Positions 41,590 to 49,949 of a stretch of DNA of 64,000 nt are shown piece by piece. The position numbers and the translations under genes were made by a program. Source of the stretch: Deltaproteobacteria bacterium (GTDB lineage Bacteria; Myxococcota; Kuafuiibacteriia; Kuafuiibacteriales; Kuafuiibacteriaceae); the NCBI GenBank assembly GCA_040218735.1, contig JAVJQW010000033.1:213748-277747 (forward strand). The letters are read 5' to 3'. The notes beneath the pieces were generated by a model. It ran no database searches, was not told the origin of the DNA, and worked only from the letters and a program-made list of their open reading frames with translations. How positions within the stretch are numbered: position 1 is the stretch's first letter; every line of letters begins with the position of its first letter.

Positions 41590-42717
41590 ATGAGCCACGG
41601 CAGCATCTCCCGAGACCCCAACCGCGTCAGCCGAGCCCGCGAGCTCGCCGGCAAGATCCAAGAGCACCGCGACGCGGCGGACGCCGGGAGCGCCGACGCC
41701 CAGACCGTGCAGGCCGACATCCAGGAGTTCCGCGACTTTCACCACCAAGAGGCGCTCGCCGACGTTGCCGCGGATTCCACCGGCGCGCACACGGCTGACA
41801 ACGACTACCTCGCCGCCGTCGAAGAGCTGAACGCCGCCTACGAATCTGCGCTCGACGACGGGGAGCTCTCCGAAGACGAGCAGACCGAGCTCCTCGAGCA
41901 GGCCGACGTCGTCCGCCAGCACGAGGTGCTCTCCCGCGACACGTTCATGACGGAGCCGGGCAGCGACCCCGCCGACGTCGACCACGACATGGATCCAACC
42001 GAGAGCGCGATGCCCCCCGCCGGCGTGAACCCGCCGCGCGACCCGGCGTCGGTCCCGGACCCCGGCCGCATCACCTACGACGCCGCGCCGACCGCCGATC
42101 AGATCGAGCAGGGCGCGCCGCTCGGATTCGGCCACGACGACGACGGCGACAACACGATCGTCTCCGACGTCCAGCAGGAGCTGTACGACGGCGGCTACTA
42201 CGGCGAAGGCGCCACGGCGGACGAGGTCGACGGCTACTTCGGCCCGCGCACCCACGCGGCGACCGTCGCGTTCCAAGAGGACAACGGCCTCGAACCGGAC
42301 GGCACCATCGACCAGGACGACCTCGTCGCGCTCGGCCTCGCGGAGCCCGCGCAAGCGCTCCCCGACAGCCCGGTGCTCGACTTCCGCGAGGCGTCGGGCC
42401 CGAGTGAAGCCGAAGCGGCCGACTTCGCCGACCGCGGCTACGTCGACCAGGACAACGGCTTCCATCTGCACGGCGACGCCGTGATCGAAGACGGCGACGC
42501 AGACGCGCTCGAAGCGGCCGGCTACGTGACCGACGGCTCGGGCACGTACTTCCACCCGGACCTCCTGCAGATCGAGCCGAGCGAAGAAGACGCCGAGGTC
42601 CTCCTCGAGCGCGGCTTCCTCACCGACGGCAACGGCACGTACTACCACCCCGCGATCGCCGACCACGTCCCGGATGCCGCAGAGCCGCAGGCCGACCCCG
42701 ACCTCGTCTACGTCTAG
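41590..42717 (+). CDS. Very acidic protein with peptidoglycan-binding domain (PG_binding_1) and three C-terminal repeats
   Basis: VSDVQQELYDGGYY...VDGYFGPRTHAATVAFQEDNGLEPDG; repeats (D/E)A..(L/F)...G(Y/F)(V/L)....G....H; no signal peptide. Confidence 0.75.
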   Translation: MSHGSISRDPNRVSRARELAGKIQEHRDAADAGSADAQTVQADIQEFRDFHHQEALADVAADSTGAHTADNDYLAAVEELNAAYESALDDGELSEDEQTELLEQADVVRQHEVLSRDTFMTEPGSDPADVDHDMDPTESAMPPAGVNPPRDPASVPDPGRITYDAAPTADQIEQGAPLGFGHDDDGDNTIVSDVQQELYDGGYYGEGATADEVDGYFGPRTHAATVAFQEDNGLEPDGTIDQDDLVALGLAEPAQALPDSPVLDFREASGPSEAEAADFADRGYVDQDNGFHLHGDAVIEDGDADALEAAGYVTDGSGTYFHPDLLQIEPSEEDAEVLLERGFLTDGNGTYYHPAIADHVPDAAEPQADPDLVYV

Positions 42718-42727
42718 GAGCCCGACG

Positions 42728-43177
42728 ATGAAGCAGCCGCACAAAGGTGTCCCCTTCGACGCGTTCGCGGTGGACGCGCTCCGCAAGTCCGACGACGGCG
42801 ACGAGCCGTACGTTCTCACCGCCGAGGGCAAGCGGGTGATCGTCGCCGCGGCCCGCGCGCTCTTGCTGTCCCGCGAGTCGAAGGCCGCGAAGCGAGAGAA
42901 GTTCGAGCGCGTCTACGCGCTCGCGCACGTCCTCGAGACGAAGCAGTCCTCGCCGACCGCGGGCCGCGCGTTGTCACGCCTGCTCTCCGACATCCCGGCC
43001 GTCGCCGAGATCCTCGGCGTCGAGACGAAGGCGCTCCGCGAGCGCGGCAAACGCCTCGCGCGGTTCCTCGGCGCCGATGTCATCCGACGCGCACCGAAGG
43101 TCGACCTCGCCGCGCCCATCGGCTCGATGAAGCTGTCGTCGATGCTCGTCACCCGCACGAACCGCCAGTACCGCTGA
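42728..43177 (+). CDS. Small basic hypothetical protein (SPTA-motif family, paralog of 46870-47325)
   Basis: AGGAG at 42716-42720 before ATG 42728; motifs LETKQSSPTAGRAL and RLARFLG...RRAPKV. Confidence 0.7.
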   Translation: MKQPHKGVPFDAFAVDALRKSDDGDEPYVLTAEGKRVIVAAARALLLSRESKAAKREKFERVYALAHVLETKQSSPTAGRALSRLLSDIPAVAEILGVETKALRERGKRLARFLGADVIRRAPKVDLAAPIGSMKLSSMLVTRTNRQYR

Positions 43178-43275
43178 CGCGCGTTCGTCCGACGGCGCGT
43201 CCGGACATCTCGGACATCTCGCGTCCCCGTCGGACGCTGCCCGAACGAAATTCGAAGTTCGAGGCGCCGGCTCCG

Positions 43276-43291
43276 TGGCACACCCGATGCA
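43276..43291 (+). promoter_or_regulatory. Putative sigma54 (-24/-12) promoter
   Basis: TGGCAC-ACCCG-ATGCA matches TGGCAC-N5-TTGCA with one mismatch, 13 nt upstream of ATG 43305. Confidence 0.55.
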
Positions 43292-43304
43292 ATTCGGGTG
43301 GGGC

Positions 43305-43805
43305 ATGAACACCAGCACCGCCTTCGCCTTCACCTCGCTCTTCACGCTCGTCGCCTGCGGCGGCGGCTACGACAGCGGCATCGAGGAGGACCGCTACGTC
43401 TCCAGCTTGCTCCCCGTCGAGGCTTCGATCTTCTGCGCCAACGGCGCGCGCCACCTCGACACGCAGGCGAGCCCCGCGGAGTGGAAGAGCGGCATCTGCG
43501 CGATCGTCGGCGTCAGCGAAGGCGACATGCAGTCTTGCCAGTACGCGCAGTACGCCTGTGAGCGTCAGCTCGCGCCGATGCCCTGGTCGAGCGTCGTCGA
43601 CTGCGAGCTCGAGCAGTCCGACTACGAGGCGTGTTTCTTCGAGGTCGGCGAGGTCGAGGCCTGCTACGAGGAGTTCGGCGCCGCGATCCTCGCGATGGGC
43701 GGCAACCAGGCCTGCATCGGCGGCGAGAACGCGCTGCTGTCGAACATGGGCGTCGACTGCAGCGTGATCCTCTCGCAGTGCGCCGACCTCTTCTTCGGCG
43801 ACTGA
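43305..43805 (+). CDS. Cys-rich acidic lipoprotein
   Basis: MNTSTAFAFTSLFTLVAC lipobox; about 10 further Cys; VGEVEACY motif of small myxobacterial lipoproteins. Confidence 0.7.
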   Translation: MNTSTAFAFTSLFTLVACGGGYDSGIEEDRYVSSLLPVEASIFCANGARHLDTQASPAEWKSGICAIVGVSEGDMQSCQYAQYACERQLAPMPWSSVVDCELEQSDYEACFFEVGEVEACYEEFGAAILAMGGNQACIGGENALLSNMGVDCSVILSQCADLFFGD

Positions 43806-43835
43806 ACGTCGGTCATGCGCGCGCCGCGGAGATCG

Positions 43836-45158
43836 TCAGTCGAGGCAGAAGACTTCGACGGACTGGCCCGGGGTGATCGCGCCCTCGAGGACGAGCGTCG
43901 CGCCCGTGATCGTGTACATCGACGCGGCGACCACTGTGCCGTCGATGCGGACCACGACGCTCGCGACGTTGGCGGGCGCCTTGGGGAGCGGGTAGCTGCG
44001 GCGTACGTCGCTGTCGTCGCGCTCGACCACGAGGGAGCGGGCGATGCGGCGCATCGCGGGCGCGAGGTCGGCGTCGCACAGCGACTCGACGACGCACGCC
44101 GCGGGCGCGTCGGGTTGCGGCTGGCAGTTCACGGCTCCCATCCCGCTTCGCGCCTCGAACGTTTGCGCGAACGCGAGGTAGCGCGAGGCGGGAAGGGCCT
44201 CGCAGCAGTCGTCCGTCGCGAAGGTGCCGCACCACCAGCACAGGCCCTGGTCCCACAGCTCCAGCGCCGCGCTCTCGCACACGCTGTTGCGGCAGATCTC
44301 CTCGGCGGGGCAGTCGACGGTGCTCATGCAGCTCATCTGGCTGCCTGGCGGCGGCGGCGTGTTGCATGCCGTGCCGCACGTCGCCGAGCCGGCGCGGCAC
44401 CGAAGGGGCTCGCCGTCGACGAATCCTCCGAGGACGGCGACACGCACCGCGGTCAGCGGGGCGTACCTCCTCAGGTCTTCGAGGACCTGGTCGAAGGGCT
44501 CGCGTGTCCCGTCGTCTTCGTCCGAGACGAACACGATCACGAGGTCGGCGTCGTCGCGGAGGAAGCTCGTGTTGCAGCCTCCCGAGTCGTTGTTCTCGAG
44601 CGCGAGGATCGCGGCGGACAGCCCTTGTTCGTCGCCGGAGCCGCACGTGCCGACGTTGGCGTTGGCGTCGAACCCGGCGACCATCTGCGCGGCAGTGAGG
44701 TTGTCGGTGTCGAGGATGCGCGTCGCGGGATCCGGTCCGCGAAAACAACCTGTGTCGACGCCCGCCACGGCGCACCCGATACGGTCCGTGGAGACCGCGG
44801 CGTGCGGGTAGTTGGCGGAGTACGTGACGTTCGCGTCACCCATCAGGGGCGGATCGTTTCGAACGTCCGTCGTGGTGACGGCGACGCGCACGCGGCCGGT
44901 GCCGTACACCTCGTCCACGAACGCACCGAACGCTTCGCGCAACCGAGCTTGCACCTCGCCCATCGAGGAGGAGTCGTCGATCACGAACAGCACGTCGGCG
45001 TTCGAGGTGACCGCCGCTGAAGTCGTGAACGCGGCGTCGGCGTTCATGAGGCAGGCCGGCGGTGTCGTGTTCCCGTCGTCGTCGCCGAGGTTGTCGGTGT
45101 CGGTGGAGCAGCCGCAGAGCAGCGCGCAGGCAAACAGCGCTAAGAGGTGTGTTCTCAT
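43836..45158 (-). CDS. vWA-like Cys-rich lipoprotein
   Basis: Lipobox LCGC; ADVLFVIDDSSSMGEVQ (MIDAS DxSxS), RVAVTTTD, GTCGSGDEQGL, FLRDDADLVIVFVSDEDD. Confidence 0.8.
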   Translation of the reverse strand: MRTHLLALFACALLCGCSTDTDNLGDDDGNTTPPACLMNADAAFTTSAAVTSNADVLFVIDDSSSMGEVQARLREAFGAFVDEVYGTGRVRVAVTTTDVRNDPPLMGDANVTYSANYPHAAVSTDRIGCAVAGVDTGCFRGPDPATRILDTDNLTAAQMVAGFDANANVGTCGSGDEQGLSAAILALENNDSGGCNTSFLRDDADLVIVFVSDEDDGTREPFDQVLEDLRRYAPLTAVRVAVLGGFVDGEPLRCRAGSATCGTACNTPPPPGSQMSCMSTVDCPAEEICRNSVCESAALELWDQGLCWWCGTFATDDCCEALPASRYLAFAQTFEARSGMGAVNCQPQPDAPAACVVESLCDADLAPAMRRIARSLVVERDDSDVRRSYPLPKAPANVASVVVRIDGTVVAASMYTITGATLVLEGAITPGQSVEVFCLD

Positions 45159-45179
45159 CGCGCGCACACTGTACCGCAC

Positions 45180-46718
45180 CTACTGGGTTCGCTCGACGAT
45201 CACCGCGCCCACGTAGCCGAAGCGCCCCGTTCCGGCGGGGCTCACCGTCACGTCGATGGTGATCCCACCGCTCACGGGCGCGACGTCCGTGAAGGTGACG
45301 ACGTTCCCTACGTTGTCCGAGGCTTCGAGGTCCATCGTGACGCCGCCGATCCCGTAGCGGGTGAGGCGCCCGACTCCGCCGTCGTCGCCGGTGCGGCTCG
45401 CGAAGACGGTGACGGTGTAGAGGCCGTCCTCGAGCCCACGCAGGATCACGGAGCCCTCACGTTCGAGCGCCGCCGCGTGCCCGTCGAAGCTGCCGACCCA
45501 GAACGAGTCCTGACTGACCTCGCCCGGCCAGCCTAGGGTATTGTCGAGGCGCCCGCCCTCCTGCGTCCCGTCGAAGCCGTACGTCGAGACGACGACGCCG
45601 GTGGGGTCACCGTCGTCGGTGGTGAGCGGCGCGGTAACATCCTCGCGCGCGAGGAGGCCGGGCCACGCCGTCGAGCGCACCGGGCCGATGTCGAGCCGAA
45701 CGCTGTCGCCGATCGCGAAGGGGACGACGGGCGGGCGCCGCGTCTGTCCGGTGACGAGGTCGGCGGTCTGTTGGAGCACCTCGGCGACGTTCGGCGGGAC
45801 GCCGATCGGGAGTTGGCCCAGCGCGCTGCGCCCGTAGATCGTCGAGTAGATCACCAGCGCGTTGAGGTACTGACCGGCGGCGTTCGCGTGGTAGTCGTCG
45901 TTGCCGTGCAGGCGCGGGTCGTCGCCGCCCGCGAGCTGCATCTCCCACGCGTCGCCGACCGGCGCGACCGTCACGTCGACGGGGAGCGTCGCGTTCGCTG
46001 GAATATAATTGTCCGCCGCGTCGAAGTAGTGCGTCCGGAGCTGCGCCTGCATGTCCGCGGGGTCTGCGAACGTGCCCGGATAGAACGCATGGTCCGGGTG
46101 TCGGGCCCAGGTCTCGTAGAGCACCACGCGGCACGACGCGTTCGAGGTGCGCGCGCGGTCGTGAAACCACGTGGCGTCCATCTTGAAGCCGGCGGGGTCG
46201 CCGATCGCGTCCGTGGGCCGGGTGCTGAAGTCCTGGAGGACGACCACGTCCCAGCCTTCGTCGATGCGTCCGGGCGCCGCCTCCGGCGACGTGTCGTTTC
46301 GGTGGAAGTCGAGGCTCTGGCCGCCGACGGCGCGGAACTCGACGTTGGGTTCCGGGAACTGCGCGGCGACGGCGAGGTCGTGCACGAGATCCGGCACCGG
46401 GCCCTGAAACGTGAAGCTGTTCCCGACGAAGAAGATCGACGACGGGGGCGGTGGTCCGCCGTCCGGCTCCGCGCCGCCGTCGCGCGGCCCGCCGTCGATC
46501 GGTCCGGCGTCGCGCGGTCCGCCGTCGCGTGACCCTCCGTCGCGGTGCCCCGCGTCCGGGGTGCCGGCGTCGACCATCGACCCACCGTCGCGCGCGGTCG
46601 CGTCGCCGCCGTCGCGCGCCGCGACGAGGGTGCCCGCGTCGCGTTCGGGCTCCGGCTCGGTCACGCCGCCCTGACACGCAACCGCGAACGCTGACCACAG
46701 GACGGCGTACCGCTTCAC
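45180..46718 (-). CDS. SGNH/GDSL-like hydrolase lipoprotein (DUF4886-like) with RDGG-repeat linker
   Basis: Lipobox AVAC; IFFVGNSFT, WDVVVLQD, LYETWA, APVGDAW, DDYHAN..GQYL; start GTG at 46718. Confidence 0.8.
   Translation of the reverse strand: MKRYAVLWSAFAVACQGGVTEPEPERDAGTLVAARDGGDATARDGGSMVDAGTPDAGHRDGGSRDGGPRDAGPIDGGPRDGGAEPDGGPPPPSSIFFVGNSFTFQGPVPDLVHDLAVAAQFPEPNVEFRAVGGQSLDFHRNDTSPEAAPGRIDEGWDVVVLQDFSTRPTDAIGDPAGFKMDATWFHDRARTSNASCRVVLYETWARHPDHAFYPGTFADPADMQAQLRTHYFDAADNYIPANATLPVDVTVAPVGDAWEMQLAGGDDPRLHGNDDYHANAAGQYLNALVIYSTIYGRSALGQLPIGVPPNVAEVLQQTADLVTGQTRRPPVVPFAIGDSVRLDIGPVRSTAWPGLLAREDVTAPLTTDDGDPTGVVVSTYGFDGTQEGGRLDNTLGWPGEVSQDSFWVGSFDGHAAALEREGSVILRGLEDGLYTVTVFASRTGDDGGVGRLTRYGIGGVTMDLEASDNVGNVVTFTDVAPVSGGITIDVTVSPAGTGRFGYVGAVIVERTQ
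46440..46645 (-). repeat. Coding pentapeptide repeat (xxDGG/xxDAG linker)
   Basis: RDAG...RDGG...RDGG...PDAGHRDGGSRDGGPRDAGPIDGGPRDGG in the lipoprotein linker. Confidence 0.7.
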
Positions 46719-46869
46719 GACACGCAGCCTAGCGCTTTCGTCCGCGGCGCGCTCGTCGAGGCACCGAGGTCTCAGGATCGCGGGACGCGTGCCCCGGTGG
46801 ACGATGTAGGCGCGAACGTCGACCGTTGCCGATTTCGGCGGCGTGATTTTTGCGACGGTGTGACGGTCG

Positions 46870-47325
46870 ATGCGGTCCCGACTCGAAGCGGCCATCCTCG
46901 ACCGGCTCGTGCCCGGCAGCGACGAACGTTACGCGCTGCCCGACGACGCGATGCCGTACCTCGCGATGTTGTACCAGCGGGTGGCGAAGTTGCCGACGGC
47001 GCGCGGAGAGCTCTTCCGTGCGCTGCAGATCGAGATCGCGTTGGAAGAAACGCTCGGGTCACCGACCGCCGCTGCACGTCTCGTCGATCTCCGGGGCCTC
47101 GTGCCGGACACCCTCGACGGCGTTCGCACGCGGCTGCGGCGACTCGACACGCGCGCCAACCCCATCGACCGCATGCGCCGGTTCCTCCGGAGCCAGGGGC
47201 AAAAGGTCGTGCTGCGCGCGCCCAGGATCACCGGGTCACCAGGAGGAACGAACCCATGGCCATCGAAGTCGAATCCAAACCCCAACGCGTCCAAGTCAAC
47301 GAGGCCCAGCGTCCGGAGGGGCTGA
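46870..47325 (+). CDS. Small hypothetical protein (SPTA-motif family, paralog of 42728-43177)
   Basis: LEETLGSPTAAARL and RMRRFL...VLRAPRI align in register with the 42728 protein; 3' end overlaps the next gene by 70 bp. Confidence 0.65.
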   Translation: MRSRLEAAILDRLVPGSDERYALPDDAMPYLAMLYQRVAKLPTARGELFRALQIEIALEETLGSPTAAARLVDLRGLVPDTLDGVRTRLRRLDTRANPIDRMRRFLRSQGQKVVLRAPRITGSPGGTNPWPSKSNPNPNASKSTRPSVRRG

Positions 47326-48596
47326 AGGACAACGACGTCCAGGCGGTCGCCAACGCCGCCGATCGTGTCGACGCGCAGAAGGTCGCCGACAAGATCGACA
47401 GCACGAGCGACCGCTTCGACCGCGCCGACGAGACGCCGACGACGAGTGGTCTCCCGCTGTCGTGGCTGACCGGGAGCGGCTCACCCGTCGAGTCGCAGGG
47501 CGTCGTCGACCGCATGAAGTCCCTCGGCGCGCTCGGCGACGGCGACGCCGCGAAGTTCGATCGCTCGAAGTACAACGGGCTGCTCTCCAACGATCCGAGC
47601 AAGCCGTTCACCGGCTCCGGCGCGACCGGCGTCTCTCCGGTCGACGGTCACCTCCCGCCGGGCGACCTGATCACGATGGCGCGCTTCCAGAACGGCGAGA
47701 AGACGATCAAACAGCTCGGCGAGCACCAGCAGGAGCTCAACCGCGAGATGATGTCGCCGCAGCCGGAGCTGTCCGAGGCCGAACGCGACCTGCGCATGGA
47801 TCGCCTGGAGGCCGCGAGTGATCGCAACCGCGCCAACTACGAGCGTGTCCGCGACGTGCAAGACGGCTTGCGCCCGACGGTCGACAGCTATCGAAACCCG
47901 CTGAGCTTCGGCACCGAGACCGGCGACCCGAAGGACCAGTGGGACGACGAGACGCGACAGGACCAGGCGAACCTGCTCCTCGAGCAGCCGATCAGCACGA
48001 TCCACGGCGACGCGTACGGCGAGGACACACCGACGCGCGCCGAGGTCGTCGAGGCGGCCGCCGAGAAGTACGACCTGGATCCGAACGTCCTCGCGGGCGT
48101 GATCCTCCAGGAGCAGCGCGATCAGTCGGCGAAGGAGGACGTCGCCGACCTCGGCGGCGCCGCGCTCGGCGGGCGCGACACCAGCATCGGCCTCGGGCAG
48201 GTGTTGATGAGCACCGCGATGAAGAACGACGCGGACCTGTTGTCGGACACCGTGAGCGCCGAGGATCGCAAGAACCTGTCGCGCGGCGAGGTCGCGCGAT
48301 TGCTGTCGTCGGACGAGCACAACATCTTCGCGACCGCACGTTACCTGCGCTCCGTCGCGGACCAGGCGTCGACCTACGACGGTCGCCCGAACCCACTCGA
48401 CAGCACGCGACGTGAGTTCCCGAACTTCGATCGGAACGGCTACGCGGGCCCCGCGTGGAGCGACGACAACATCCGCGCGATCGCGTCCGAGTACACGTCG
48501 AAGCCGTGGGACGACGTGGTGCTCGAGGCGGGCGGTTATCCGCAGTTCGTGCTCGACGCCGTCAACGACGTCCGGCGGAGCGGCGTCTTCAGGTAG
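47256..48596 (+). CDS. Acidic signal-less protein with C-terminal lysozyme-like/lytic transglycosylase domain
   Basis: AGGAGG at 47241-47246; AAAEKYDLDPNVLAGVILQE (candidate catalytic Glu), TSIGLGQV, HNIFATARYL. Confidence 0.7.
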   Translation: MAIEVESKPQRVQVNEAQRPEGLKDNDVQAVANAADRVDAQKVADKIDSTSDRFDRADETPTTSGLPLSWLTGSGSPVESQGVVDRMKSLGALGDGDAAKFDRSKYNGLLSNDPSKPFTGSGATGVSPVDGHLPPGDLITMARFQNGEKTIKQLGEHQQELNREMMSPQPELSEAERDLRMDRLEAASDRNRANYERVRDVQDGLRPTVDSYRNPLSFGTETGDPKDQWDDETRQDQANLLLEQPISTIHGDAYGEDTPTRAEVVEAAAEKYDLDPNVLAGVILQEQRDQSAKEDVADLGGAALGGRDTSIGLGQVLMSTAMKNDADLLSDTVSAEDRKNLSRGEVARLLSSDEHNIFATARYLRSVADQASTYDGRPNPLDSTRREFPNFDRNGYAGPAWSDDNIRAIASEYTSKPWDDVVLEAGGYPQFVLDAVNDVRRSGVFR

Positions 48597-49857
48597 CGAC
48601 GCGCGCTTCGATCTCCCGCTCGAGGCGCCACAGGCGGTCCTGCCCCCACGTCGTGTACGTGTAGTCGCCGTCCGTCAGGCGGAAGGACGGCACGCCCCAC
48701 ACGCCTGCGCCGAGGAGGGCCTCCTGGTTCGCGTCGATCGTGCTGCGCCAGTCGTCGGTGCCGATGAGCGGACGCGCTTCGTCCCACGACAGACCGGCGC
48801 GCTCCACGACGATCTTCAGGCCGGCGTCGGAGCCGGTGTCGATCCCCTCCGACCACGCCGCGCGCGTAAACGCATCGAAGAGCGCTTCGCCGCGACCCTG
48901 CGCGTCGGCCCACGGATATATCGAATAGACGCGCTCCACCGGCTCGCCGAGCGGGTCGGCGATCCGCCCGAACGGGATGCCCTGGCGACGCGCTTCGCGG
49001 GCGGCGTCGAGCAGCAGGTAGAAGCGCTTGGTCCGCGGGACGGCGAGCCCGCGCATGACCATCGGGAGCACGGGCCGGAGCACGAGGTCGACCGGGAGGT
49101 GCTCGCGCCACGCGAGCACGCGCGCGACGGCGAGGTAGGTGTACGGGCTGCGCACCGACATGAAGGCCTCGACCTTCACGCGTTTGTCGCTCTCGACCTT
49201 CAGCCCCTCCGGAGGCGGGGGGAGCAGCGGCGCCCCTTCCCCGAGCCCCAGCTCGGCGAGACGCGCCTCCAGGAAGTGCAGCCGGTCGGTGCCCCAGTAC
49301 CACTCTCCGCCGTAGTAGAACGTCGCGCCGAGGTAGTGACCGAGCGACCGGCGTCGGGCCTCGCCCGCGGCGAGCTCGGGGTCGGCTTCCTCGAACGCGA
49401 CGTCGTCGAGCGACCCGTCGCCGTACACCGCGCGACCGACGGACAGCGCACCCTCGGCGAACCGGCCGGCGGCCTTCGCACCGGCGAGCAGACGTTGGGC
49501 GCGTTCGCGGTCGACCGTCTTCCTGCGCGGCGCTTCGAGTCCGAGGAACGGGGCGATGTCGGCCGCGTCCTTCGCCGAGAAGTCCTCGTACCGCGCGCGG
49601 TCGGGTGCGGCTTCGTCCGGCGGCGGGCCGACGATCCACGGGACGAGCTTCACGTCGTAGCGGTCCGCGAATCGGTCGAGGACCTGCGCGACGAGGTACC
49701 CGTAGGGGTCGTCGACCTGGTGGAAGTAGTGCACCTCGTGCGCGGCGCCGCGGAGCCGTCGCCCGGCCTCGTGCACGGACCGCTTGAACGCCAGCGTCCG
49801 CGGACTGGTGATGGCGACCGCCACCGGCGGCAACAGGCGTCGCGCCAACATGCCCAT
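48589..49857 (-). CDS. Tandem DsbA/HCCA-isomerase (GST-kappa-like) protein
   Basis: Two domains: YFHQVDDPYGYL...GEWYWGTDRL and FMSVRSPYTYL...GVWGVPSF...WGQDRL. Confidence 0.85.
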   Translation of the reverse strand: MGMLARRLLPPVAVAITSPRTLAFKRSVHEAGRRLRGAAHEVHYFHQVDDPYGYLVAQVLDRFADRYDVKLVPWIVGPPPDEAAPDRARYEDFSAKDAADIAPFLGLEAPRRKTVDRERAQRLLAGAKAAGRFAEGALSVGRAVYGDGSLDDVAFEEADPELAAGEARRRSLGHYLGATFYYGGEWYWGTDRLHFLEARLAELGLGEGAPLLPPPPEGLKVESDKRVKVEAFMSVRSPYTYLAVARVLAWREHLPVDLVLRPVLPMVMRGLAVPRTKRFYLLLDAAREARRQGIPFGRIADPLGEPVERVYSIYPWADAQGRGEALFDAFTRAAWSEGIDTGSDAGLKIVVERAGLSWDEARPLIGTDDWRSTIDANQEALLGAGVWGVPSFRLTDGDYTYTTWGQDRLWRLEREIEARVAT

Positions 49858-49949
49858 ACCGCGGAGGCGACCACGTTTGTGACGCGGACGCCACGGCAGC
49901 GCGGATCGTCGGTGGATCGGTCCCGTCCGAAGCGCTACACCCGGGATCG

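Noticed and set aside
46797-47255. N-terminal extension of the 599-aa ORF
   Set aside because: A strong SD precedes ATG 47256, and the upstream region is better explained by the SPTA-family ORF in another frame.
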